64,000 nt of DNA, from positions 1,385,994-1,449,993 of the forward strand of contig JBFXEV010000001.1 in NCBI GenBank assembly GCA_050179755.1, given 5' to 3'. The DNA is from Candidatus Babeliales bacterium (GTDB lineage Bacteria > Babelota > Babeliae > Babelales > JBFXEV01). Below, in pieces: positions 20,739 through 30,220 of the stretch (the stretch's first letter is position 1; each line of letters opens with the position of its first letter). Under the pieces are notes generated by a model that was not told the origin of the DNA, did no database searches, and saw only the letters and a program-made list of their open reading frames with translations. The translations under genes were made by a program, and so were the position numbers.

Positions 20739-22241
20739 ATGCAACTAAACCCTACACCAGAATGGCTTACTGCCATACGAGATAATGACATAACAAAAGT
20801 AAACATGCTCCTAGATCAAGACTTTGATGTTCACATACAAGATTCTTGTGAATTAAAGACGGCTCTGCACTATGCTGCAGAATATGGCTGTCTAGAAATA
20901 GTTCAATTGTTATTAGAAGCAGGTGCTGATGTACATGCAAATGATACATATAATTTTACACCATTAGATTATGCAATGGCAGTAGAAGATATTCAAATAG
21001 CCGAGCTGCTTATTGATCATGGTGCAGATGCGCAGATAAAAAAGCAGTATGATTGGTTTAATGCCATAAAAAATAATGACATTCAACAAGTAAAAACATT
21101 CCTTTTACAGGGTATTAATGTAAATAGCCAACATCCTTTTAATGGTGCGGCTGCCATACATTATGCTGCAGTAAATGGTAATCAAGCACTTATGGGATTA
21201 TTGATAGAAAATGGAGCAGATTTGCATGCAAAAACTGATGAGGATAAAACAGCGTTAGAAATAGCTGCGCGCGAAGGTTTTGATGGGATTGTAGCATTAT
21301 TACTAGAAAATGGCGTGGATGTAACTACAAGAACAGAAGATGGTTCTACTCTATTACACATTGCTTCAAGTTATAGTCAAGAAAAAATAGTGCAACTAGC
21401 AATAGAGTATGGTGCAGACGTAAATATACATGATGCATATGGTAATACGCCATTACATTTTGCTGCATTAAAAAATATTGTAAAAATATTAATAGCAAAT
21501 GGTGCTGAAGTGAATGCAAGAAGGCTAGATGGCAAGACTGCACTATTTAATCCAGCAGAACATGACCTTATAGAGATAGTTGAACTATTGTTGGCGAATG
21601 GTGCTGTAGTAGATGCAAAAGACCAAGAGGGATGGACGGCCTTACATTATGCTGCATTAAACGGCTATAGGGATGTTGTTGCTCTATTACTTGAGCGCGA
21701 TGTGGCTATAAATGCACAAAATAACGATGGCGTTACTGCCTTACATATGGCATCTCGAGCAGGCTATGACCAAATAGTTAAACTATTACTTTCCAGCAAA
21801 GCCGACGCCAATATACAAGATAGTTATCAACGCACGGCCTTACATTATGCAGTTGAGAGTGGCAATACAATAACAGTTAATGTATTACTCCTTTGTGGTG
21901 CTGATATGCAGGTTGAAGATAGTGATGGCATGACTCCTTATATGATTGCCCAAGAAGAAGATATTCAAGAAGTAATAAGTGAGCTTGAATTTTGGTATAA
22001 ACAAAAGAACAATATACCAACTACTCTAAAAAGAACCTTTGAGTACGTTGATAGCACTTCTAACAAGTTTTGGAACATAGAAGTAACAGGAAGCACTATG
22101 AGTGTTACGTTTGGCAAAAGCGGAACTACTGGCGTTACTAAAACAAAAGAATTTAAAGATAAAGCGGAAGCTTACAAAGCTGCTGAAAAATTGATTAAAG
22201 AAAAAATTAATAAGGGCTATGAAGAGGTATTCGAATTTTGA
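20739..22241 (+). CDS. Ankyrin repeat protein with C-terminal WGR domain
   Basis: Ankyrin repeats then SNKFWNIEVTG..MSVTFGKSGTTG..KTKEF…AEKLIKEKINKGY. Confidence 0.9.
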   Translation: MQLNPTPEWLTAIRDNDITKVNMLLDQDFDVHIQDSCELKTALHYAAEYGCLEIVQLLLEAGADVHANDTYNFTPLDYAMAVEDIQIAELLIDHGADAQIKKQYDWFNAIKNNDIQQVKTFLLQGINVNSQHPFNGAAAIHYAAVNGNQALMGLLIENGADLHAKTDEDKTALEIAAREGFDGIVALLLENGVDVTTRTEDGSTLLHIASSYSQEKIVQLAIEYGADVNIHDAYGNTPLHFAALKNIVKILIANGAEVNARRLDGKTALFNPAEHDLIEIVELLLANGAVVDAKDQEGWTALHYAALNGYRDVVALLLERDVAINAQNNDGVTALHMASRAGYDQIVKLLLSSKADANIQDSYQRTALHYAVESGNTITVNVLLLCGADMQVEDSDGMTPYMIAQEEDIQEVISELEFWYKQKNNIPTTLKRTFEYVDSTSNKFWNIEVTGSTMSVTFGKSGTTGVTKTKEFKDKAEAYKAAEKLIKEKINKGYEEVFEF

Positions 22242-22273
22242 TCACATGGACTCATAATGAATGATATACGCCC

Positions 22274-22396
22274 ATGAAAAGATATTTTATATATAAAGAC
22301 AATAACTCTGATAAGTTTTGGGTCATAGATATTATTGAGAATAAAACCCAAGTTGCTTATGGTAAAACGGGTACTCCTGGCGTGAGATGCACTTAA
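22274..22396 (+). pseudogene. Truncated second WGR domain
   Basis: Manual translation MKRYFIYKDNNSDKFWVIDIIENKTQVAYGKTGTPGVRCT*; lacks the C-terminal helix. Confidence 0.7.
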
Positions 22397-22495
22397 CAGG
22401 AGCAATTTTTAATTTCTAAGCTATAATTAGATACTAGCATTTGTGTTATTGTTCAAATATTTTTAAATCATTTTTTTCTCATTAAGGTTTTTTAT

Positions 22496-23977
22496 ATGTC
22501 TTCCTATAAATATTTACTGTGTATTCTTTTGGCAAGTCAATCAGCTCTTTGTATGAAGCCGGCAAAAAAGGGTTTATTTGGTAATTCAACAATGGGTAAG
22601 GTAGAGAGTGAAGAAACGGTCAAAGAGTTGCTAAAATTACAAGAAAAAACACAAGCGCAAGCAAAACAGGTTGAAGATCTTGAGAAAAAAGTATCTGATG
22701 ATCACGTAAGTTTGCAAGAATTACAGCAAAGATGTACGCAACTTACTGATTCAGAACAACAATTAAGGCAAGAGCATGATGCGCTTAATTTGGCGCACCA
22801 TAGTTTGGCCGGTTCGGAGCAACAATTAAGGCAAGATCACAATGCGCTTGCCATTTTACACCAGAATCTGGGTAATAGGACGGCGCAAATGGTACAACGG
22901 GTGAAAGAACTCGAGCAGCAAGAAAATGCTTTTAAGTACCCTTCTGTGTGTAAGGCTGTCAAACATGGCCATCTTCCTTCACTTATGATACTACATCAAA
23001 ATGGAAAATCATTAGAAAAAGAAGGGAAAAAAAAATATAGACCGTTACAATTGGCAGCATTAATGGGACGCACCGTTGTTGTACGTTTTCTTCTTGATAA
23101 TGGTGCCAACGTGCATGAGCAAGGATCACGGGGAAAAACAGCAGTTTACTTGAGTACACGCTTTGATCATCCTGCAGCAAGAGAAACAACTCAACTGTTA
23201 CTTGATCGTGGTGCTCTATTAAATCAGGAAAATGTAAAAGGAAGATACTCTACAGCATTTTCACGGTTTCTTGCAAAAGGTAAGATTAGTGGTCATGGCA
23301 ATATGGTAACTAATAACTCATCTGTGGTTACTGCAGTGAGAGGATTATCAAAAGTACCTTGGAACCTCAAAACCAATTGTCCATTTTATAAACCGAACCA
23401 AGCAATGGTTGACCAATTGATTTTAAAAGAACCGGGAATTACTGCTTGCACTCAAGTGATTAATGAAGCATTGGCGTCAAAAGATCCTGTTTGGTTAGGA
23501 ACACTCATCGCTCGAGGTTTTGCGGTTGATGCTCCTACTGTTGTTAATAACGTACTCAATTGGGGCTGGAGCTGCCGTACCATGCTTGCTCCATTTGCGC
23601 AGAATAAGGCAGTGGTAGATTATTACAATGCGTGCGTGATTGACGCGGTTCAACGTCGTAATTTTAAAAAGCTTATAGCTCTTATTGGCGAAGGAACTCC
23701 GTTTGATCCGCAAATTTTTAATACAATTTTTTACGGAAAGAATGATGCTACTAATGTAACCTGTTATGCAGATCAATCGCTATTTGGGTTGTTATTTGAC
23801 ATTTTAGGTCTTCAATGTGACTTTTTAGCACAACAAAAAGCAGAATGGGCAAACCCACAATATCGATTTTTGAATTCTCAAGGAAGCACATTACAAGAAT
23901 ATCTTACAGAGCAGGGTTGTTCGCAAAGTACCTTAGATCGTTATAAAAAGTACGAGAAAACCTATAAACCTTATTAG
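22496..23977 (+). CDS. Secreted coiled-coil plus ankyrin protein (candidate host effector)
   Basis: Signal peptide, coiled coil with 21-aa duplication (SEQQLRQ.H.AL x2), PLQLAALMGR…LLDNGANV repeats. Confidence 0.8.
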   Translation: MSSYKYLLCILLASQSALCMKPAKKGLFGNSTMGKVESEETVKELLKLQEKTQAQAKQVEDLEKKVSDDHVSLQELQQRCTQLTDSEQQLRQEHDALNLAHHSLAGSEQQLRQDHNALAILHQNLGNRTAQMVQRVKELEQQENAFKYPSVCKAVKHGHLPSLMILHQNGKSLEKEGKKKYRPLQLAALMGRTVVVRFLLDNGANVHEQGSRGKTAVYLSTRFDHPAARETTQLLLDRGALLNQENVKGRYSTAFSRFLAKGKISGHGNMVTNNSSVVTAVRGLSKVPWNLKTNCPFYKPNQAMVDQLILKEPGITACTQVINEALASKDPVWLGTLIARGFAVDAPTVVNNVLNWGWSCRTMLAPFAQNKAVVDYYNACVIDAVQRRNFKKLIALIGEGTPFDPQIFNTIFYGKNDATNVTCYADQSLFGLLFDILGLQCDFLAQQKAEWANPQYRFLNSQGSTLQEYLTEQGCSQSTLDRYKKYEKTYKPY

Positions 23978-23987
23978 CATTGCCTGG

Positions 23988-24013
23988 TGAGCTGTTTATC
24001 AATAAGCAGCTCA
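23988..24013. terminator. Hairpin between convergent genes
   Basis: TGAGCTGTTTAT/ATAAGCAGCTCA. Confidence 0.55.
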
Positions 24014-24019
24014 GCAATA

Positions 24020-24244
24020 TTAATCATCCGTAGTGGCAAGCCACACATCAAATTCAAGAAGAAACCATCGCCATTCGTCTGGAGCACTAAAACGATCTAA
24101 ATAGTCTTTTTTTTCTTGGTCATTTAATTGCTGCCAAAAGGGATGCCATACGTAGCCATAATAAGCATCGCCTGCATCGCGCCAAAAAAAATCGCCTGGT
24201 GGATATCCTGGGTAAACAAGCCAGGGAGGTTTAATTTCTTGCAT
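24020..24244 (-). CDS. Small Trp-rich 'PPW' protein, copy 2
   Basis: Near-identical to 25914-26144. Confidence 0.75.
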   Translation of the reverse strand: MQEIKPPWLVYPGYPPGDFFWRDAGDAYYGYVWHPFWQQLNDQEKKDYLDRFSAPDEWRWFLLEFDVWLATTDD

Positions 24245-24277
24245 ATCTTTTTTTTCATGTATTTATATTTTTGCATT

Positions 24278-24451
24278 GCCCGCAATAAAGCGGCACACAA
24301 AGCCTTCGCTTGGTAACTTCTTCAGACGTTTCTATGTATAATACCAATGTTCTTAAACTCTTCAAGAGCAGAAGATACTGTGGATTATTTTTACAGCAAG
24401 CTGAGGGTCTAAAACTTCCAAACAACCTCCTGACAATTTGCCAGATATGCT
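24278..24451 (-). pseudogene. Degenerate internal fragment of the S66 peptidase gene
   Basis: Aligns to 25034-25203 with several substitutions and 1-2 nt indels. Confidence 0.8.
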
Positions 24452-24759
24452 GAGAAGAAAAAAATCGCTTGTATGTTAGCATAGCAGCAATGACATTTAG
24501 AAATTGTTAAATTACTTAAAAAATTTGATAAAAAATAATATTACAAAGCAGGATTAAAGAACATAATAATTTTATGCAAAACTCCGTCGTTGCAATGTGA
24601 TAAGTTCCTCGAGTAGAGCAAACTAAAAGCACTTATCCATTCAAGTGCTGCGAGTACCATAAAAAACAATGCCAAAACTAAACAAAGATACTTAGCAAAA
24701 AAACCGATCAACCAATTAAAGTTATTAGGCGCTAAAATAAGCTGCAGCTCAATGATTAG

Positions 24760-25821
24760 TTACTCATAACTCAAAGTAATAATCTTCTGTCTGTCATCAA
24801 TGTATACAGTTCCACCATTTGGAATAAGCATTTGCGGGTCTGTGTGACCGAAATTAAAATTAAATACTACTGGAACGGTGCAGCCATAATCTGAGAGTGC
24901 TTGCTTAATGGCTTGTTGTTGAGTTGCCCTAAATAGTTCGCTTCCTCCTGGTGGCACATTCTGCAAGAATCGCGTTTTAGGTAAACCAACTAATAACCCC
25001 CCAATACGTTGCAATATAGTACGCTCGGCAAGTGCCGCAATAAATCGGTACACAAAGCCTTCGCTTGGTAATTCTTCAGACGTTTCTATGTATAAGACAA
25101 TGTTATTAAACTCTTCAAGAGCAGGAAGATACTGTGGATTATTTACAGCAAGCTGTAAGTCTAAAACTTCCAAACAACCTCCCCACAATTTGCCAGATAT
25201 GCTTACGTTACCACAGTTATACCATTCTAATTCAGGCGTACTCTCCATAGGGCGGTGTTTTGTTAACATACTGGCATCAGCCCAATCAAAATCTATATCA
25301 GTCCATGTGGGTGATATAGTCACTTGCCTGAGTTCAGTTTCAAATAATGCATTTTTAATCCACTCAATAGTATAGTCTTGCATGGCACCCTGCATGCCAA
25401 ATTGAGACATCACTGAACCACCATAATATGAAATTAAACCCAGTTTCCATAAAAATAGGTGGACATTCGTTGTATCACTGTATCCAAGAAATATTTTAGG
25501 ATTTGCTGCAATGAGCTTGGCGTTAAGATAGGGTAGGATACGAATACAATCATTGCCACCAGTGGTGCTGATAATTGCCTTTATAGATGTATCAGCAAAA
25601 GCGGCATTAATATCATCTGCACGAGCTTGTGGATTTTTTGATAAATATTCAGGACTTTTACATGTTGATGGAAAAGCTATTGGTTCAAGGCCAAATACAG
25701 TACGTACCCGTTCTAAGCCTAATTCGTAAACTTCAGGAAACAAATACGGTGCTGCAAATGATGGTGTTACAATTGCTACTTTATCGCCTTTTTTTAAGCG
25801 TGGTGGAATAGTGAATTTCAT
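24760..25821 (-). CDS. S66 family peptidase (LD-carboxypeptidase/MccF-like)
   Basis: PPRLKKGDKVAIVTPS, RADDINAAF, GYSD (Ser), IETSEE (Glu), FGHTDP (His). Confidence 0.9.
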   Translation of the reverse strand: MKFTIPPRLKKGDKVAIVTPSFAAPYLFPEVYELGLERVRTVFGLEPIAFPSTCKSPEYLSKNPQARADDINAAFADTSIKAIISTTGGNDCIRILPYLNAKLIAANPKIFLGYSDTTNVHLFLWKLGLISYYGGSVMSQFGMQGAMQDYTIEWIKNALFETELRQVTISPTWTDIDFDWADASMLTKHRPMESTPELEWYNCGNVSISGKLWGGCLEVLDLQLAVNNPQYLPALEEFNNIVLYIETSEELPSEGFVYRFIAALAERTILQRIGGLLVGLPKTRFLQNVPPGGSELFRATQQQAIKQALSDYGCTVPVVFNFNFGHTDPQMLIPNGGTVYIDDRQKIITLSYE

Positions 25822-25913
25822 TGCTAAGGTTCCTTTAAATAACAGTTCAAAACAAGCAGATGCTACACGTAATGACTTGATAGTAAATAATAGGACGCAC
25901 TTAGATTAACCAT

Positions 25914-26144
25914 TTAATTATCGGTAGTTTCAAGCCACGCGTCAAATTCAAGCAAAAACCATCGCCCTTCGTCTGGAGCACTAAAACGATCTAAATAGTC
26001 TTTTTTTTCTTGGTCATTTAATTGCTGCCAAAAGGGATGCCATACGTAGCCATAGTAAGCATCGCCTGCATCGCGCCAAAAAAAGTCACCGGGAGGAAAT
26101 CCTGGATATGTAAGCCAGGGTGGTTTAATTTCTTGCATATCCAT
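25914..26144 (-). CDS. Small Trp-rich 'PPW' protein, copy 1
   Basis: PPWL.YPG.PPGDFFWRDAGDAY…W..FW..L…YL..F.AP. Confidence 0.8.
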   Translation of the reverse strand: MDMQEIKPPWLTYPGFPPGDFFWRDAGDAYYGYVWHPFWQQLNDQEKKDYLDRFSAPDEGRWFLLEFDAWLETTDN

Positions 26145-26149
26145 TTTTA

Positions 26150-27187
26150 TTAGGCATTTATATTTTGATTTTGCATTGCCCCATGCGCCGTAAGAAGTGC
26201 AATCATTTCTTCCTGCCCGTAATATAATGCTCTATCAAGTGCTGTTCTGTCTAATATGTCAGTATAATTAAGATCAGCGCCGTGGTCGATTAATAATTGA
26301 GCGATTGCGCAATTGTTATCTTCTATAGCCTGGTGTAAAGGAGTGTCCCCATGGCAATCCTCTTGATTTGGGTCAGCATGTTGCTCTAGGAGATATTTTA
26401 CTTGTTCTTCATGATTATGTCGAATTGCTACCATGAGCGGTGTATTGCCTTCTTCACCTTCTTCATTAATATCATAACCATGGCTCACTAACAACTCGAG
26501 CATCTCTGTGCCTTCATGTAGACAGGCAGTGATTAACAATGGCTGGGCACCCGGAATATCTTTTGCGGTAGCGCCATGCTCAATAAGATAGGCAACAATT
26601 TGTACGTCGCCTGAAAGTACTGCTTGATGGAGTGGTGTGCATGCATCTGTTTCTACACAGTGTGCATTCACCTGTGCTCCGTGTTCCACCAAGAATTGCA
26701 CCATAAAGAGACGCCCTGTGCGTGCTGCTACATGGAGCGCAGTCTCTTGAACGTCATACACATCTTGGGAGATTGGTTTGCTTTTTTCATTAACATCAGC
26801 GCCATGTGCCAAGAAGAATTGGGCGATTTCTACCGGCCCGACATACGCTGCCTGATGCAGTGGCGTCCAACCAGATTCATAACTTTTTGCATGGATGTCT
26901 GCCCCATGTTTAAGGAGCAGCTCTGCAATTTGTACATCACCTCTATCTGCTGCAGCATGAAGAGCGCTGGCTCCATTATATTCTGTAACGCTTGCGCCTT
27001 GTGCAATGCATTGTTCTACATCTTCATATGAACCGAACATCACAGCATCCCATAAAGAATGATAGGTGTTTTGTTGTTTTAATATAGTTTCTTTTGATGT
27101 TGGGTTAAGAATATATCGGTACGTATACATTCCTATAATATTACCTATAAGACCTACAACAAAATAAATATAAAATTTTTTGTTCAT
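26150..27187 (-). CDS. Ankyrin repeat protein with N-terminal membrane anchor
   Basis: N-terminal TM then about eight ankyrin repeats. Confidence 0.9.
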   Translation of the reverse strand: MNKKFYIYFVVGLIGNIIGMYTYRYILNPTSKETILKQQNTYHSLWDAVMFGSYEDVEQCIAQGASVTEYNGASALHAAADRGDVQIAELLLKHGADIHAKSYESGWTPLHQAAYVGPVEIAQFFLAHGADVNEKSKPISQDVYDVQETALHVAARTGRLFMVQFLVEHGAQVNAHCVETDACTPLHQAVLSGDVQIVAYLIEHGATAKDIPGAQPLLITACLHEGTEMLELLVSHGYDINEEGEEGNTPLMVAIRHNHEEQVKYLLEQHADPNQEDCHGDTPLHQAIEDNNCAIAQLLIDHGADLNYTDILDRTALDRALYYGQEEMIALLTAHGAMQNQNINA

Positions 27188-27255
27188 GAGATTCCTTTTT
27201 TATCTATGTTCATCACGAGTAATTAATTGCTTAAAAAATCAAAAAATGACAGATA

Positions 27256-27936
27256 TCATTTATTCATTTCAGGCAACTGTTGAAGCAAAAGTTCTCTCTT
27301 TTTGGCAGCGCATTCTCTAAAAGAATGCAACTGAATTTGTGCAAATGTTGATGTAGTCCCATCTATCGAGGCATCCGCCTGTTCTGTAAGCCACTCATAT
27401 TCTGTAGGTTTTTGAACTATCGCTTCCATTTGTTCTGCTTGTATAGCAACAGGGAGTTTATTTGCAAAACGCAAGTTCCTGCAAAGTTCTTGGCATTACC
27501 CTTTGCTTATAAGTGCACATACCCACGTTGCTTTTTCCCGTAATTCAGAATCAATCACACTCTCATGTAAACTATCAATATGTCTTTTTGCTTTTGATGC
27601 CATATCAGCCAAATCTTGCCACAATTGCGTGTCATCTTTAGGGCTCGGATGCTCTTCTGGCTTTATAACCCAACAAAGTTTGCCATCCCTTTTTGCAGGC
27701 TCCCACCGTGAGGCGCGCGATATCAATTGGTAATAACAAGTATTTAGATGTATATGGGCCCATGCATGCGCAGTAGCAGTAGGCACGCTTTCTAGAGATT
27801 GTACTGCTTGATGAGCCATGTGCAGTTGTGCTTGTATTTCTTGCGTATTAACAATTTTTTCTTGGTTCATTGCTGTTATAAAAGACATCACATTGCATAC
27901 TACTGCCAATATTACTATATATTTATTATTATTCAT
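27256..27936 (-). pseudogene. Secreted hypothetical protein split by one in-frame TAA (27496-27498)
   Basis: ORFs 27496-27936 and 27256-27474 are in the same frame, joined by seven sense codons (CQELCRN). Confidence 0.65.
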
Positions 27937-28006
27937 GCGAAATTCCTTAATGAATTAAATTTACTACCTTTAAAGATACAATTTTATTGCCCAATACCAA
28001 AATGCA

Positions 28007-29344
28007 TTAGCACATTACACCAGGTCCCCATGCAGGGCTGGTGCATTGCTCATGTGCCGCCGTCACAAAATATGCCTCTTGGCTTATCATATTACGCACG
28101 GCAATGCGTGAATATGTACCTTGCTCTACCGAATAGGCAAGATACGTGCCACAGGGTGACCACGAAGGCTCATCTTTTTGTGTTGCATCAAAGGTTACTT
28201 GCGTATGATTTTTAGTAGCAATATCGTACATACAAATTTGTGCCACATTATTAATTAACTTGATATAGGCAATTTTTCCTTGCTCTTCACACACTGCAGG
28301 GCTTGCACAATATCCGCCATCAGTAAGTCGATCAATAGAACCATCTTTGTCACGATAACAATATAATTGCGGTGACCGTGTTTGATAATCAGAGCAGAAA
28401 AAAACATCACCATTTTTACATAAATAAGGCGAAATATTATTACCATTATTATGAGTAAGTCGCTTAAATATCCATTGTTTGCGCAGCGGGTCAAGAGTGC
28501 CCCTGTATAATTGACTGCTTCCTGCTTGAGAACAGCATACCACCACTTTACTGCCATCTTTGTTAAACGAAGGTTGCATATTAAGCCCATCAAAATTCAT
28601 AACCAGCTTTGAGCGTTTTTGCTCCATATCATATTGCATTAAACGCACATTAACCGGCGATTGTTCGCTATAGTATAAAAACTTATGATCATCATGCATA
28701 AACCAGCGCAATCCAAATTTAGGTGTTTGTGAACTGACCAATGTTTGGTAGGCATGTTCGGCATGTGGATCTGTTGCAAACAACTGCTTACCACCCTTTT
28801 TTGAATCTTGTTTACAAAATGCAAGTTGGGCCCCAAACTGAATCGGTCTTCCTAAGAACTCTTGCGTAAGTATACCTGCTAGGTAGTGCCCTGTGTTAGC
28901 AATTGAATAATGTGTTAGCACCAATTTTTTCCCTTTTACCATGGTAGCGTCGGTAGCATCATAAATGCGATAACTAATATCATCAATACCCGTTGCAGAC
29001 AAAAATACTACTAAAGAAAACCCACGATCAAGTAATTTTTTAATTTCTGATTTGCCGTTTGGCTCGCTTGCAAATTGCTCTATTATTATCTCAAATCCTG
29101 TCTGCTTTTCACGTGGCAATCGTAAATCTGCTTCTATAACTTTGGCAATGGCAGCAATGCGATCACTTATGCCAATAGTCCCAATAAGCACTTTCATTTT
29201 ATAAGCTTGCTTTACTGCTGATTTAATCTCGAGCGTTTCAGCTTGATTAGTTGCATTTGGGTTCGCAAGAATCAGCGATGGTATATTCGTTATCGCACAA
29301 ACTAGAACTATTAAGCCTGGTAAAAATAATGTAAAAAATTTCAT
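28007..29344 (-). CDS. tolB: TolB-like periplasmic beta-propeller
   Basis: Signal peptide, PD40 repeats (NMQPSF, NISP, SPAV, EPSWSPCG, SPAWGP), in tol operon. Confidence 0.85.
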   Translation of the reverse strand: MKFFTLFLPGLIVLVCAITNIPSLILANPNATNQAETLEIKSAVKQAYKMKVLIGTIGISDRIAAIAKVIEADLRLPREKQTGFEIIIEQFASEPNGKSEIKKLLDRGFSLVVFLSATGIDDISYRIYDATDATMVKGKKLVLTHYSIANTGHYLAGILTQEFLGRPIQFGAQLAFCKQDSKKGGKQLFATDPHAEHAYQTLVSSQTPKFGLRWFMHDDHKFLYYSEQSPVNVRLMQYDMEQKRSKLVMNFDGLNMQPSFNKDGSKVVVCCSQAGSSQLYRGTLDPLRKQWIFKRLTHNNGNNISPYLCKNGDVFFCSDYQTRSPQLYCYRDKDGSIDRLTDGGYCASPAVCEEQGKIAYIKLINNVAQICMYDIATKNHTQVTFDATQKDEPSWSPCGTYLAYSVEQGTYSRIAVRNMISQEAYFVTAAHEQCTSPAWGPGVMC

Positions 29345-29356
29345 GTGCGTGTTCCA

Positions 29357-30220
29357 TTATGGTTTAAATGCTACCGTAAATTGTTTGCCTTGAGCTGCTG
29401 GACTAAAATGCGCATGCACTACTGCAGTACGCGCTGCCACATCAAAAATTAAAACTTTTGAATTTTGCTTCATTATAATATTGCAGGCCCGCCCTTCTTT
29501 GTCTACATCAAAGGAAATGTGGCAAAGTGTATCTTGCGCAATTCCCGATGGTGCTTGCCAATGTTTTTGTAATGCGTCGGCAACCACATGCTGTGTTTGC
29601 ATTTCGCGCAAGTCATCTCGCCCCACATAGATTATATCTTCTGTTGCATTTGGATCACCCAGAAGGTTTTCTACTTTCTCTTCTGGTTCTTGATGATGAG
29701 CGGTGGGAGTGTTCTTTGCAACGACAGCTTGATCTTTTTCTGGCTGCTTTACTGGCTCTATCTTTTTTACCGATTCTTTAGGTTTTGGCTTTTCAACTCT
29801 ATTTTTTTTAGGCTCGATTTTTTTGTCTTTCTCTAGAGCTGCTAGCGTAGTTTTATTTTTTTTCTTTTCAGCGGTTTTATGTTTTTTTGGTTGTTGCACT
29901 ACCTGCTTTTTCGCAACACCCTTTGATGCTTGCGCCAGTGGTTTTTGAGTTGCGGCAACGCCAAACTTAGTGCCACGCACTGGTCTATCGTAGTGTGTGT
30001 CTTTCACCGTTTTAAGCATAGGGAGTAATACTATACGCGCATCCGTTTGTCTGCGTGCACCAGAAACTACTAATGTTTGACGCGAATCAGAAATAGTACC
30101 AAACAAAAATGCACCAATAACAATTATTGCGTGCATTGCACCCGAAATTAACCATAACGTGCCTAAAACGCCAAATCGTTTAGGCAGTTTTACGCGTAGC
30201 CACCGCCACATCTTTAACAC
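29357..30220 (-). CDS. tolA: TolA/TonB-like energy transducer
   Basis: S..MH TM anchor, K/P/E-rich linker, C-terminal W..P…FDVAAR.AV domain. Confidence 0.75.
   Translation of the reverse strand: MLKMWRWLRVKLPKRFGVLGTLWLISGAMHAIIVIGAFLFGTISDSRQTLVVSGARRQTDARIVLLPMLKTVKDTHYDRPVRGTKFGVAATQKPLAQASKGVAKKQVVQQPKKHKTAEKKKNKTTLAALEKDKKIEPKKNRVEKPKPKESVKKIEPVKQPEKDQAVVAKNTPTAHHQEPEEKVENLLGDPNATEDIIYVGRDDLREMQTQHVVADALQKHWQAPSGIAQDTLCHISFDVDKEGRACNIIMKQNSKVLIFDVAARTAVVHAHFSPAAQGKQFTVAFKP

Noticed and set aside
9485..22396. Integron cassette array driven by the tyrosine recombinase at 340
   Set aside because: No attC-like repeats were seen, many genes overlap or abut, and the recombinase looks like plain Xer without the IntI insertion
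24255..24482. 75-aa ORF as a real gene
   Set aside because: It is a chimera of frameshifted S66 sequence (VLYIETSEE) and the end of the ankyrin gene
24278..25203. Diverged repeat pair as a DGR template/variable region
   Set aside because: Differences are not adenine-specific, include several indels, and no reverse transcriptase is in the window
27454..27496. MPRTLQELAF as a SOCS/BC-box-like peptide
   Set aside because: Only about 12 codons in an alternative frame; the in-frame nonsense explanation is simpler
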